IMG/VR virus record: IMGVR_UViG_3300031413_000003
Location: 32,001-96,000 of that record
Source of the DNA: a virus
Strand: one strand, 5' to 3'
DNA: 64,000 nt
The notes under the pieces are model-generated. The model saw only the letters and a list, made by a program, of their open reading frames with translations, was not told where the DNA came from and ran no database searches. How positions within the stretch are numbered: the first letter of the stretch is position 1; each line of letters begins with the position of its first letter. Below, piece after piece: positions 38,561-47,777 of the stretch. The translations under genes were made by a program, and so were the position numbers.

Positions 38561-40207
38561 TTATTTGCCGTCGAAGTGGATAGCGCCTGCGCGGTTACCC
38601 ATGATGATAGAACTGGTGTTCGCCAAGATCTTCGCTGTGGTCATGCCGCCTTTGAGTGCAGTGATAGAAGCATAGGCCGTGTCATACACACCCAGGTCTT
38701 CAGGTGTCCCAACTTCCCCTGTAGCCAGGTTGGTGATAATGCGGTCACCACCCAACATCACGAGATCATCACCACCCATTTCATCCAGCGCTGCTGCTGT
38801 TGTAGCGCCTGTGAGATGCGCCCACTGTTTAAAACACAGTGCAACGAGATCTTCCAGGATAACATCATCAGGTCTGTCGATTGGGGTCTGGTGCTCTTCC
38901 CACAGTCGTACACCTGCATCACGTAACGCCATACCACAACCCGGCAACATACCGTTGGCTAATGCAGACTTGATCGCCAACTGCACATCTTCAAAGCGGT
39001 CTTTACGCTCTTTGATATCGCTGTACGTTTCACCACCCACATACACCGTAACCACTTGACCTTTCAGTAACTGGATACGCTTTTCAGTTGCCTGACCCAG
39101 TGGACTGAACCGTGCACTTGAGTTCATCTCCCCCAGGGTGCGTTCGACTTCAGCAACGCGTTCATTGATGCGTGCTTGTGTCTCTTCGCCCACGGTTTCC
39201 ATGATACTGAAGTTGAGGTTAGCGATCAGACGTTCCGGACACCCTTTCAGGTCAATGTTCTTGAGGTCTTCGATTGCGGATACCAGTGACGCATTCAGTA
39301 TCGACGCAATGTCCCCCATGATCAAGCCGCCCAGTGTACCCGACACGTTGGTGGAGAACACCACGAACTCTGTGCCCGCGCCGTGCTCTTTCAACATCTT
39401 GTTCAGACCCAACACGGTGCTACAGAACGCAGTACTTGCCTGAGTCACCACCAAGCCGATTTTGCTCCCCGGATAACGTTGGTCCAGATCTTTCGCCACG
39501 TCTACCAGCAAAGCAGTATTGATGACGCTCCCCCCGAAGCCCTGATTCATTACGGCAAAGGTCATGCCTTCAAACGTAGTCTGTTGACCGTTACGATTGG
39601 CTGTAAACGCCGAGTCCGCCAACTGCATACGCAGACGTAAGCCATTGCTCTTACTGACTTTGTCTTCGTAGCTGTTACCTTCCTGCAAGTCAAACACCGG
39701 CGCGTCATAGCTATTATACACGCCCAGGACCGTATCCACGATGCTCTTATCCTGGTTAGCGGTAATGGTCGCTACTGCACGCAGTTCGTCTGAACCGATT
39801 GTCGGCAGAATAGATGCTTGCTGCAGGTAACCAATCAAACGACCGGTGTGCTCTTCGATACGCTTACGGTTGATAAAGCCGGGATACTTACGGAACAGAT
39901 CATAATACAGTTTGGTTAAGAAGATAGTGGTCGTGGTACCGTCACCGCACTCCATCTCTGTTTTACGTGCAGACTCAGCCATGATCTGGTTGATCTTGTC
40001 CTGATGCTGGTTAGAGAACTCCAAGCTCCGTGCCACGGTTGCACCATCTTTCGTGGTCTTTACCGCAGTGCCGTCCTGAATCACCACGACTTGACCATCA
40101 GGACCCATAGTGGAACACACGACCTCGTATACATGATTAACCGTGTCTTCGACCAGTGCCGGAGTTTCATCTTTATTGGTGAATTTATCTTCAGGATTAC
40201 GAAACAT
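38561..40207 (-). CDS. groEL: Phage GroEL-like chaperonin (EL gp146 / OBP gp246 type)
   Basis: STMGPDG, TKDGATVA, GDGTTT, VGGET...KERKDRFED, GMLPGCG, GVYDT; 548 aa; no GGM tail. Confidence 0.93.
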   Translation of the reverse strand: MFRNPEDKFTNKDETPALVEDTVNHVYEVVCSTMGPDGQVVVIQDGTAVKTTKDGATVARSLEFSNQHQDKINQIMAESARKTEMECGDGTTTTIFLTKLYYDLFRKYPGFINRKRIEEHTGRLIGYLQQASILPTIGSDELRAVATITANQDKSIVDTVLGVYNSYDAPVFDLQEGNSYEDKVSKSNGLRLRMQLADSAFTANRNGQQTTFEGMTFAVMNQGFGGSVINTALLVDVAKDLDQRYPGSKIGLVVTQASTAFCSTVLGLNKMLKEHGAGTEFVVFSTNVSGTLGGLIMGDIASILNASLVSAIEDLKNIDLKGCPERLIANLNFSIMETVGEETQARINERVAEVERTLGEMNSSARFSPLGQATEKRIQLLKGQVVTVYVGGETYSDIKERKDRFEDVQLAIKSALANGMLPGCGMALRDAGVRLWEEHQTPIDRPDDVILEDLVALCFKQWAHLTGATTAAALDEMGGDDLVMLGGDRIITNLATGEVGTPEDLGVYDTAYASITALKGGMTTAKILANTSSIIMGNRAGAIHFDGK

Positions 40208-40251
40208 ATTACTACCCCTTATTGACTTATTGATTGAAATTGGTTACTACG

Positions 40252-40278
40252 CTACCTAGATAATATAGATTTATAATT
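40252..40278 (-). promoter_or_regulatory. Putative early promoter, copy 4
   Basis: Minus strand AATTATAAATCTATATTATCTAGGTAG upstream of the chaperonin. Confidence 0.65.
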
Positions 40279-40286
40279 AAATAGCG

Positions 40287-40706
40287 CTAGGACTTCTCGA
40301 TCGCCACATCCAGTAGTGTACAGAGGGCGTGTGTGTCGTAACCGATAAACCCATCGCACCGCCTTTTGACCATGGGATAATCTTCGTTGAAGAACAAAAA
40401 GCTATGTTTAAGTGATCCGTCCTTATAAAAGCTGATAAAGCATTTTCCTTCGTGAACGATAACCCTGATGTCCACCCCATACACAATGGCAAGGTAACTT
40501 TGATTAAGTTCGTCCTGACACTCAAAACGATCTAACTTAGGGAACGGATGAGTGATGCGATGCTGGAGCCAACGCATGTTGTTGACGGCTTGGTTTTGTT
40601 TCATGGAACGGAAGTGATCTTCCAGGGAAATGTCGCGGAGAGCAGTATTACGTTTTCTCTTCTTTTGTTTATAAATGTTTAACCACTGCTTAAGAATCTT
40701 TTTCAT
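40287..40706 (-). CDS. Hypothetical protein
   Basis: 139 aa, AGGGGG SD. Confidence 0.7.
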   Translation of the reverse strand: MKKILKQWLNIYKQKKRKRNTALRDISLEDHFRSMKQNQAVNNMRWLQHRITHPFPKLDRFECQDELNQSYLAIVYGVDIRVIVHEGKCFISFYKDGSLKHSFLFFNEDYPMVKRRCDGFIGYDTHALCTLLDVAIEKS

Positions 40707-40789
40707 ATAAACCCCCTACCCCAAATTCGACAATAGATAGTTTCCACAGTTAAATTAAAATTCCCCACCGGAGCAGGGAATTTCATCCA

Positions 40790-41395
40790 TTAATTAATCG
40801 TGATGCGATGTTCCTGCCATTTGAAATCTTCCAGATTACGATCTACCAATTCCACTGTCCAGTCCTTATGGAAAGCTTCAATGTTATTCATAATGCGAAT
40901 CAACAAGAATTCTGCTTGGTCACTCAACTCTTTGCTTTCTTTTACTAACTGATGCAACTCATCCATAAACACAGAAAGCTGGGTATAATGATGAGGGATT
41001 CGATCGTTGTTGAGTTTTTCGATTCCACCAATGTCAGATAACGTCACGCCTTCCTTGGGAGCCAGTCTCCACAATCGATCACAGTCCGTAGACGTTTGAC
41101 CGTATGTGGCTTGTGGGTACTGGTTGTTGAATGTGAAAGGCTCAAACAGTGATTGTTCGGCATGGCCGGTATAACCCGTTGCCTTGCGATCATCACACCA
41201 GTCGATAGGTACTTCGTGTTCTTTATCCACTACCACAGGTACGATGCGAAAACGCACGTCTCCAATATTCAAACTGTGCAACATCAGTTCGATAACCAGA
41301 CTGGAAACACTGCTGAACTGACGGAAACCACGATCAGCATCAATCGTGTATAAACCAATAACAGGAACAACTTGTTTTTCAGTGTAACGTTTCAT
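40790..41395 (-). CDS. Hypothetical protein
   Basis: Start moved to ATG 41395 after GGAG; NQYPQATYGQ motif-like segment. Confidence 0.75.
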   Translation of the reverse strand: MKRYTEKQVVPVIGLYTIDADRGFRQFSSVSSLVIELMLHSLNIGDVRFRIVPVVVDKEHEVPIDWCDDRKATGYTGHAEQSLFEPFTFNNQYPQATYGQTSTDCDRLWRLAPKEGVTLSDIGGIEKLNNDRIPHHYTQLSVFMDELHQLVKESKELSDQAEFLLIRIMNNIEAFHKDWTVELVDRNLEDFKWQEHRITIN

Positions 41396-41423
41396 ACTAA
41401 TCTCCAACAAAAAATAAAGGAAA

Positions 41424-41452
41424 GCCGGTAAGGGGAAATCCCCTTACTCGGC
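41424..41452 (-). terminator. Hairpin terminator
   Basis: GTAAGGGGA / TCCCCTTAC stem, T-rich downstream on the minus strand. Confidence 0.65.
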
Positions 41453-41473
41453 CGTGTGTTTAGAAAGACGCCG

Positions 41474-42187
41474 TTAAACCGTTTCGCCTAACGGGCAAAG
41501 ATGTTGCAACAGTGTTGCCAACGCGCCATCGAAATCTTTGGCGCTGTGCAGACGGGTGATTGGTGCATCGTTTTCCAATGTTTTATAATCTTCCGCAAAG
41601 TCGATGTTGAAACCTTCGGCTTGATTATAGAAAATCTGGAAACAGCCGTTGTCAGTATGACCTTTCAGATAAGCCGTACCGAAAACGTAGAACAGATGGA
41701 AAGAGATATCGCGAGTAACGCGTTTCTCAGGTGTGTCGTGAATCAGCACGCCGTTGACATTGCCTTTGCGATAGCACTGCGGGTCAAAGATGTGATCAGG
41801 GTTGGTAATATAACGCAACTCACGTTCCAGTGCACAGACTGTATCGATGTAACTGGATTTATCGCCATCCGCTGTTTTCAGCGTGACACCCAACGGGTTA
41901 ATCTTTTTACCCGGCGTGTCATGTGGCAGTTCATCAGCAGGTAAGGGTTCGAGTTTATTAATCTCAACCGCAGCACCTTCGAGTTGCTCAGTGAGCGCTT
42001 CTGCTGTACTACCTACCATGTATAAACGAGAAGGACAACATGGTTTCATGGGTTCACCACCCAATGGAGATGTCAGTATTTCATCTAGAGGATGGGATTG
42101 CCTGACAATCGGTAAAACAGAAACCGCATTGGTTTCGTCAGCTTTCGTCAATTTGAAACGATTTACATCTGCATCTTTGTTAGCCAT
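41474..42187 (-). CDS. Hypothetical protein
   Basis: 237 aa, GGAGA SD. Confidence 0.75.
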   Translation of the reverse strand: MANKDADVNRFKLTKADETNAVSVLPIVRQSHPLDEILTSPLGGEPMKPCCPSRLYMVGSTAEALTEQLEGAAVEINKLEPLPADELPHDTPGKKINPLGVTLKTADGDKSSYIDTVCALERELRYITNPDHIFDPQCYRKGNVNGVLIHDTPEKRVTRDISFHLFYVFGTAYLKGHTDNGCFQIFYNQAEGFNIDFAEDYKTLENDAPITRLHSAKDFDGALATLLQHLCPLGETV

Positions 42188-42205
42188 CTTACTTCTCCCG
42201 AATTC

Positions 42206-42541
42206 TTAATGTGTAATGTACTGCTCCAACTCTTTCTTAGAGATGAACCCAGTGACTTCCAATGCTTTCAAATCAGCCAAACGCACAACGATTGACATTG
42301 GCCAATTAAAATCAGTACCCGCTTTTTCACGCAGGTATTCGACCAGGTATTCGACGTAATCTTTAGCACACAAAAACTGATTACGCAGTTTGGTTCCGTC
42401 TCCAACGAGTCGCCTAACTTCTTCAGCGCGATCAGCCGTTGGCGGCTTAATCTGTTCTGGAGAAATATAAAAATGATCTTCCTCGACGAGAGGAGAGGAT
42501 GCACTTAAAGCATTCAAGTCAAGACCGGACAAATATGACAT
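42206..42541 (-). CDS. Hypothetical protein
   Basis: Start moved to ATG 42541 after AGGTGG. Confidence 0.7.
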   Translation of the reverse strand: MSYLSGLDLNALSASSPLVEEDHFYISPEQIKPPTADRAEEVRRLVGDGTKLRNQFLCAKDYVEYLVEYLREKAGTDFNWPMSIVVRLADLKALEVTGFISKKELEQYITH

Positions 42542-42550
42542 TAAAACCAC

Positions 42551-42670
42551 CTACTTGTTTAAGACAGCCTGAACACCACGGCTATCTTTGCAATGCTTAG
42601 CAAAACTTTTAACACCAGCAATAATACAAACAACAGCAATAGGCGCTAAGAAAGCAATAACGATAGCCAT
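42551..42670 (-). CDS. Small membrane peptide, 39 aa (MAIVIAFLAPIAVVCIIAGVKSFAKHCKDSRGVQAVLNK); absent from the ORF track
   Basis: Hand-translated; AGGAG SD; N-terminal TM with basic tail; fills the gap. Confidence 0.7.
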   Translation of the reverse strand: MAIVIAFLAPIAVVCIIAGVKSFAKHCKDSRGVQAVLNK

Positions 42671-42708
42671 GGTAATTCTCCTGAATAAGTAATTAAAAAG
42701 TTTTTATA

Positions 42709-43062
42709 CTAACGAGATTGTGATAACAACTGTTCCATCGTTTCCCGCTTAAGGACCTTCTGGACTTTTGGATCATAAATAGCACGATCGATTTCCATCT
42801 TGACGAGTTCTATCCCGCCTTTGTATGAAATGCTCATGCTGAAATCCATGCCGATCGCTTTCATGGTCTGAGTCAGACGCTGAAGAGTAATCGATTTCAA
42901 CTTCATGTTTTTGATGCCCAGCAGAGTGTTGTAAGCAACACCTGAATCGATGGCCAGAGACTTTACTGTGTCGTGCTGTGCATGACGCTCAATAAATGAA
43001 CTGGTTTGGGCATAAGCAAACACACGTACTTTCTCTAACATACCTTCGCGAACGATACTCAT
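42709..43062 (-). CDS. XRE/Cro-like helix-turn-helix protein
   Basis: TVKSLAIDSGVAYNTLLGIKNMKLKSITLQRL fits an XRE HTH; AGGAG SD. Confidence 0.65.
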   Translation of the reverse strand: MSIVREGMLEKVRVFAYAQTSSFIERHAQHDTVKSLAIDSGVAYNTLLGIKNMKLKSITLQRLTQTMKAIGMDFSMSISYKGGIELVKMEIDRAIYDPKVQKVLKRETMEQLLSQSR

Positions 43063-43064
43063 AA

Positions 43065-43382
43065 CTAGTGCTCCTGATTGAGGTAATACAGATTGTAACT
43101 AAAGTTGTCGCTCCACACAGCGGCGAAGCGATATGTTGAACCATCGGACATCAACGCGATTCCACGATAAACATCATCGCTGGTTTTAACCACGTCAATG
43201 ACTTTAACACAGTGAGTCGTTCGATTATTCTCAGACTCAATGTTATCAATACTGCGACAATACGCCTTCTTGTGAGCAGGGATATTGATTGATTCACTTG
43301 CAATAACCCACTGACCGACACCGCCTAATGCAAGCACGGCGCCGATCGCGAGTAGCACTTTTTTAAATCTTTGCACAACCAC
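43065..43382 (-). CDS. Secreted or membrane-anchored hypothetical protein
   Basis: Signal-like KKVLLAIGAVLALGG; two Cys; AAGGAG SD. Confidence 0.7.
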   Translation of the reverse strand: MVVQRFKKVLLAIGAVLALGGVGQWVIASESINIPAHKKAYCRSIDNIESENNRTTHCVKVIDVVKTSDDVYRGIALMSDGSTYRFAAVWSDNFSYNLYYLNQEH

Positions 43383-43385
43383 TCC

Positions 43386-43481
43386 TTAAATCATATAAAC
43401 CCAAATCACAGAAATAATAAAGGCAACAATCAAAATCCATTCTGCGGTATCTGGTTTAAAATCATTTCGTGGAACTACCAT
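43386..43481 (-). CDS. Small membrane peptide, 31 aa (MVVPRNDFKPDTAEWILIVAFIISVIWVYMI); absent from the ORF track
   Basis: Hand-translated; AGGGG SD; C-terminal TM; stop overlaps the next SD. Confidence 0.6.
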   Translation of the reverse strand: MVVPRNDFKPDTAEWILIVAFIISVIWVYMI

Positions 43482-43591
43482 GGTAAAGCCCCTAGTGTAA
43501 TAAGTTTAAATGCTGAATTATAAATCTTCTTGTGACAGCGTTGTCTTCACTGGCTATAGAAATCTTCAACAGTGCTGTCAGAAACTGATTC

Positions 43592-43999
43592 TTAAAGATC
43601 AGCTACTTCAGCAACTAACGCGTTGAATTCTTTTTCTACAGCAGTGTTAGTGTTGTACACACCGGTAACAGCCCACAGCCATTCGATACCACGAGCGGTA
43701 ATGAACGCGCGGTATTCTGCCCACAGGCTTTTCATGTCGTTGGCTTTTGCTTTTACAACTGACATGTTGTTTTTGATCCAGGTATAAACACTAGCATAAC
43801 GGTCAAAGCTAGATTCGGTGTTGTTGATGATATCGATAGCGCGGTCAACGTCTGATTCAAAGACGGTGATTTCGTTGGCTTTCGGGTTAGAGAAAATAAA
43901 GCGACGTTCAGCGATACGGATGATAGTTGCTTTAGGTGCAGTGATGTTCATGCGAACTAATTCAATGAACTCTTTAGATAATACCCAAGTCAGTTTCAT
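43592..43999 (-). CDS. Hypothetical protein (putative early)
   Basis: 135 aa, TAAGGT SD, first gene below promoter motif copy 5. Confidence 0.75.
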   Translation of the reverse strand: MKLTWVLSKEFIELVRMNITAPKATIIRIAERRFIFSNPKANEITVFESDVDRAIDIINNTESSFDRYASVYTWIKNNMSVVKAKANDMKSLWAEYRAFITARGIEWLWAVTGVYNTNTAVEKEFNALVAEVADL

Positions 44000-44047
44000 A
44001 TTAAATACCTTATATAAGTTAGTAGAAAAACATTATTGTTTTCTATT

Positions 44048-44071
44048 CACCCAGGTTATATAGGTCTGAAA
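44048..44071 (-). promoter_or_regulatory. Putative early promoter, copy 5
   Basis: Minus strand TTTCAGACCTATATAACCTGGGTG. Confidence 0.6.
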
Positions 44072-44181
44072 CCAACTGTATTCTAATATTTGACGTATAT
44101 AGAGGGAATGGTATGAGGGGCATTATTTCATTGTATTTACTTAACCCCTTAGCCCCTCATTACCCCATGAGAGGAATTACC

Positions 44182-46536
44182 ATGCCTGTTATCAATCCCA
44201 GCGTTATCGGTTCCTGGTCTGAATTAGCGAAAGTTAAACCTTCAGGTGCAGGAGACATCATCGAACTTCAGTCGTATTACGCAGGTAATATGTACGGTGG
44301 TGGTTCATTTGTAGCGCGGGTAGGCAGCCCAGTAGATGACGGCGGAACCATCTGTCGTGTCACTGACGCTAACTTCTATTGGGAGCGTATTATCCATGAT
44401 GCCAACAAACTCGATGTCACACACTTCGGTGCAGTGCGCGATGGCAAAACGGATAGTGCAACGGCATGTTTAAGGATGATTGCCTGGTGCGATAAGAAAG
44501 GCGCACCGTTCAGCAACATCGGGTGTCAATTCCCGGCCGGTAACTTTTCTATCGGTAATATTGATTTGAGTGCCAAGGAACGCGGAATGTTCCGGTTTGT
44601 AGGCGCCCCGGTAGTGTTTGGGTATTTCGGCACTACGCGCCTCTACTTAGACGGCACAAAAGTCGTTGATGAAAAGACGGGTGAAATGGTCCCCGCCTTG
44701 CTGGTTAATGCGCGTAAGACAGAGATTGCGCATTTCATCATTGACGGCCGTAACGACAAAACCCCTAATAAACGTGGCTTCTTCAAGAACGTTACCCAGG
44801 GCGGCGAATACATCCATGCGTCTTATTGGCGTGCGGATTGCGTCGGTGGTATTCTGTTTGATGTTTTAGATACACTGGATACGCGGTTCGAAGAGTGGTA
44901 CGCCTCTAAGTGTGCAGACACCCTGATTCGTAACCGTTGGTCAAATGCGACCTGGGGTTCATGGTACCACACTACTGCTGTGGAACTGTCTAACTTCAAC
45001 ATCCAGGGACAGACCGGTCCTAACCCGGCTATCGACATGCCTAAGTGTACCCAGTCGTTTATTAAGAACGGTTGGATTGAACACTGTAATAACCCAGGTG
45101 CGTTGATTGACGGACAGTGGCTGATCGATGGTTTAAGTATTGAAGGTTGTACACTGCCGTTTGACCTCACGCATAACCGCACCATCATGCGTGGTATTAA
45201 CTTGCAGTCAGGTTCCTGGATTCAGTACAGTAACCCAGACGTAGGTGACTCGCAGCCATATGAGCGTGGTCGCTTGCAGCAGGAAAACTACGGTACGCGT
45301 CAGTACGGTAGCATGGCGTATAACTACTTGCATTCCAACATTCGCTTCAAGAACGACACGGATCAGCCAGTGTGGATCTGTGTGGGTAACTGGCAGTGCG
45401 TTGACCCTAACGACATGACCAAGTTCCGTGTAATGGGTGCAGGTGGTACAGTAGGTGGTGAGGGTGCACTCTCTCCTTACGGTTCTGATAACTTCGGTGG
45501 TGGCGAACTCGAAATGAGTCTGCGTCGCAATCCGGTTAAAGATCGTCGTCAAGAAGGTGCGGTTACAGTACGCGGTAAGTCACCTGTTCTGGATATCGCG
45601 GTTACGCGTGCCTGGGACAATGACATCACCGTTTACATTCAACTGCCGGCGAATTGCGGTTGGGTGAACTGTTACCTGGAAACCAGCGGTCACTCTCGCT
45701 TCACCAACGGCACGCCGTTCCACTGGACTTATAAAGGCGACATCGTTTCTGATGCTGACTTTAAGAAACTGGGAACAGCGCGTCCGCGCAATGCAACAGC
45801 GCTGGGAACCTTGACTCACGGCCTCGCTATTATGGAAGATGGCGTACTGAACCTGCAAACTCGCGAACTCACCAGTGACGGTAAATTAGTGCTGAATCTC
45901 AACGGCACCTACTACACTGTTCCTGTTGAGAAAGCAGCCTACTACAGCGATTGCTTCATGCGTAACGCACCTCTGTCTGGTCGTGTGCTTGACAATGGCT
46001 TAGGTGGGATGTTCGAAACCAAATGGGGTAACTGGGGTGTCAACGGCGGAGCAAACACCAACAACGGTGTGCTGAGCCTGATCCAGAAATCCAAATGTGC
46101 GGCTGGTATGGACACGACGTTAACAGATCTGGAAGTGCAGTTCAAACTGCTGACCGGGCCGGCTAACGTAACAGATGTGTTGTCCACCTCGTTTGAATTC
46201 CGTCGCAGTAACTGGAATGCAGATACCGCTGCCTATGTGTTAAGCTTCCTCGGCAAAGACAGTGATGGCTTCAACAAGCTGGCGCTGTTCCGTCGTGATG
46301 TGAATGCAGACAAAACCTTTACCCTGACCAAGCTGAACACCAACGACATGCGTTGTTCAGACAATCAGGTTCTGAAGGTGAATGTCAAAGGTGGCGTGAT
46401 TCGTCTGTTTGCCGATACCGCTCTGTTAACCAGCGTAGAAGATACCATCATTAACAAAGGCACGTATGTGGCGTTTGGTATGTGGGATAACAACCGCGGC
46501 ATGACAGTAACGGACTTCAAAGTCAGTCAGGCGTAA
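44182..46536 (+). CDS. AmsF/WceF-like exopolysaccharide-modifying, tailspike-like beta-helix protein with extra C-terminal domain
   Basis: GGGSF...DDGG, VTHFGA.DGKTD, FPAG beta-helix entry; LDTLD...WYASKC, TAVELSNFNIQ, QSFIKNGWIEH recalled from AmsF/WceF; start moved to ATG 44182 after GAGAGGA. Confidence 0.75.
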   Translation: MPVINPSVIGSWSELAKVKPSGAGDIIELQSYYAGNMYGGGSFVARVGSPVDDGGTICRVTDANFYWERIIHDANKLDVTHFGAVRDGKTDSATACLRMIAWCDKKGAPFSNIGCQFPAGNFSIGNIDLSAKERGMFRFVGAPVVFGYFGTTRLYLDGTKVVDEKTGEMVPALLVNARKTEIAHFIIDGRNDKTPNKRGFFKNVTQGGEYIHASYWRADCVGGILFDVLDTLDTRFEEWYASKCADTLIRNRWSNATWGSWYHTTAVELSNFNIQGQTGPNPAIDMPKCTQSFIKNGWIEHCNNPGALIDGQWLIDGLSIEGCTLPFDLTHNRTIMRGINLQSGSWIQYSNPDVGDSQPYERGRLQQENYGTRQYGSMAYNYLHSNIRFKNDTDQPVWICVGNWQCVDPNDMTKFRVMGAGGTVGGEGALSPYGSDNFGGGELEMSLRRNPVKDRRQEGAVTVRGKSPVLDIAVTRAWDNDITVYIQLPANCGWVNCYLETSGHSRFTNGTPFHWTYKGDIVSDADFKKLGTARPRNATALGTLTHGLAIMEDGVLNLQTRELTSDGKLVLNLNGTYYTVPVEKAAYYSDCFMRNAPLSGRVLDNGLGGMFETKWGNWGVNGGANTNNGVLSLIQKSKCAAGMDTTLTDLEVQFKLLTGPANVTDVLSTSFEFRRSNWNADTAAYVLSFLGKDSDGFNKLALFRRDVNADKTFTLTKLNTNDMRCSDNQVLKVNVKGGVIRLFADTALLTSVEDTIINKGTYVAFGMWDNNRGMTVTDFKVSQA

Positions 46537-46551
46537 AAAAATAAGTGGTAT

Positions 46552-46583
46552 TAATACTCCTACCCGCAAGGGTAGGAGTATTA
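46552..46583. terminator. Bidirectional terminator hairpin (repeat family)
   Basis: Identical 32-mer to 31264-31295, between convergent genes. Confidence 0.8.
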
Positions 46584-46584
46584 T

Positions 46585-47121
46585 TTATGCTTGCTTTGTT
46601 ACTTTAGCAGTAATATAAAAGCCGATTTTGATATCTTTTAAATCACATGCCCGAACAATAAACCCACAAGGTGTTTTAAAAGTTTCTCGCAGTTCGATTG
46701 CTCGTCCCGTGTTAAGCGGGCCTTGACTGACCTTTAAGCGGTTGGTTTTAGGATCGAAGTTAACGGCATGATGGAACTGTCCAATCCCCTCACCCCCGAT
46801 CATTAGCTCGCTGTCACTGATCTCACCAAAGATGCAAATAGGCAAGTCATGGTGAGTGGCGGTGAACTCAAAGTTACCGACAACCAACGAGTCAGGATCT
46901 ATCTGATCTTCCGCACTAAACGGGATTTGTCCCGGCACTTCACAGAACGCCAAGAAGTTATCCAGAATGATCGGGAAGTTCAAGGCACCGATAGTGTGAC
47001 GCGGGCGCTTATAAGGATCGTCCTCACCTGGACTCCATGACATTTCAACAGTACCTTTTACAAACAGGCGTTGAGTGTCCGGTCTAATCACTGGCGAGAT
47101 TCGTGTACTGCGTGTTTTCAT
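46585..47121 (-). CDS. Hypothetical protein
   Basis: 178 aa, last gene of a minus-strand run. Confidence 0.7.
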   Translation of the reverse strand: MKTRSTRISPVIRPDTQRLFVKGTVEMSWSPGEDDPYKRPRHTIGALNFPIILDNFLAFCEVPGQIPFSAEDQIDPDSLVVGNFEFTATHHDLPICIFGEISDSELMIGGEGIGQFHHAVNFDPKTNRLKVSQGPLNTGRAIELRETFKTPCGFIVRACDLKDIKIGFYITAKVTKQA

Positions 47122-47130
47122 TTATTACCC

Positions 47131-47772
47131 TTATAGGTAGCGACCATGTTCCATCCATTCATGATAAGCTGGATTCCCTTCCAGAGCCTCCAGGAACGGT
47201 TTAGGGATGAGCTTAACACAAGCCTGAAAACCCTTTGTGTCAGAAGTACAGAGGTCGTAGAGAGTATCTGGGTGCTTAATATGCCATACCTTATCGATAT
47301 GGCTGTTTTGATAGTGATCGACCACAGCAAAGAACGTCGTTTTGTCAGTAACGATCATGTACTCGCCTTCACCATCCTGCCCATAGAACAACCCCGGGAC
47401 TGTTTTGATTTCGTGAACGTCAACGTAATCCCAACGGAAGTTACTGTCAAACTCCAGCGCCTTCCAAAGTTTCCGTGAATCGATTTCGAACACCCCTAAC
47501 AGTTGAGCCGCCTGATCACGAATAGAGAACTGGAGCCCGTTTTCTTTCACTACTAAATCCACCGTTTGGCCGGGCGCAATGCGCTGGGTCCATTCCCGTG
47601 GAAGCAGCAATGGAATCGACTCCAGGATCTTACAGACTTCCAAGCTGGCTGCGATTGCAAAAGGTCCTTCATCGGTTAAGTGGGTGGGGTTGATGTTTTC
47701 CAACATCACCGACACGCCGTTTTTACCTTCGATCTTAACCTCTAACTTTTTAGTGACTTTAACCGTACCCAT
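47131..47772 (-). CDS. Hypothetical protein, paralog of 47778-48362
   Basis: 213 aa; TVKV...LENI...LLLPREWTQ...IVTDK. Confidence 0.75.
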   Translation of the reverse strand: MGTVKVTKKLEVKIEGKNGVSVMLENINPTHLTDEGPFAIAASLEVCKILESIPLLLPREWTQRIAPGQTVDLVVKENGLQFSIRDQAAQLLGVFEIDSRKLWKALEFDSNFRWDYVDVHEIKTVPGLFYGQDGEGEYMIVTDKTTFFAVVDHYQNSHIDKVWHIKHPDTLYDLCTSDTKGFQACVKLIPKPFLEALEGNPAYHEWMEHGRYL

Positions 47773-47777
47773 AATTA

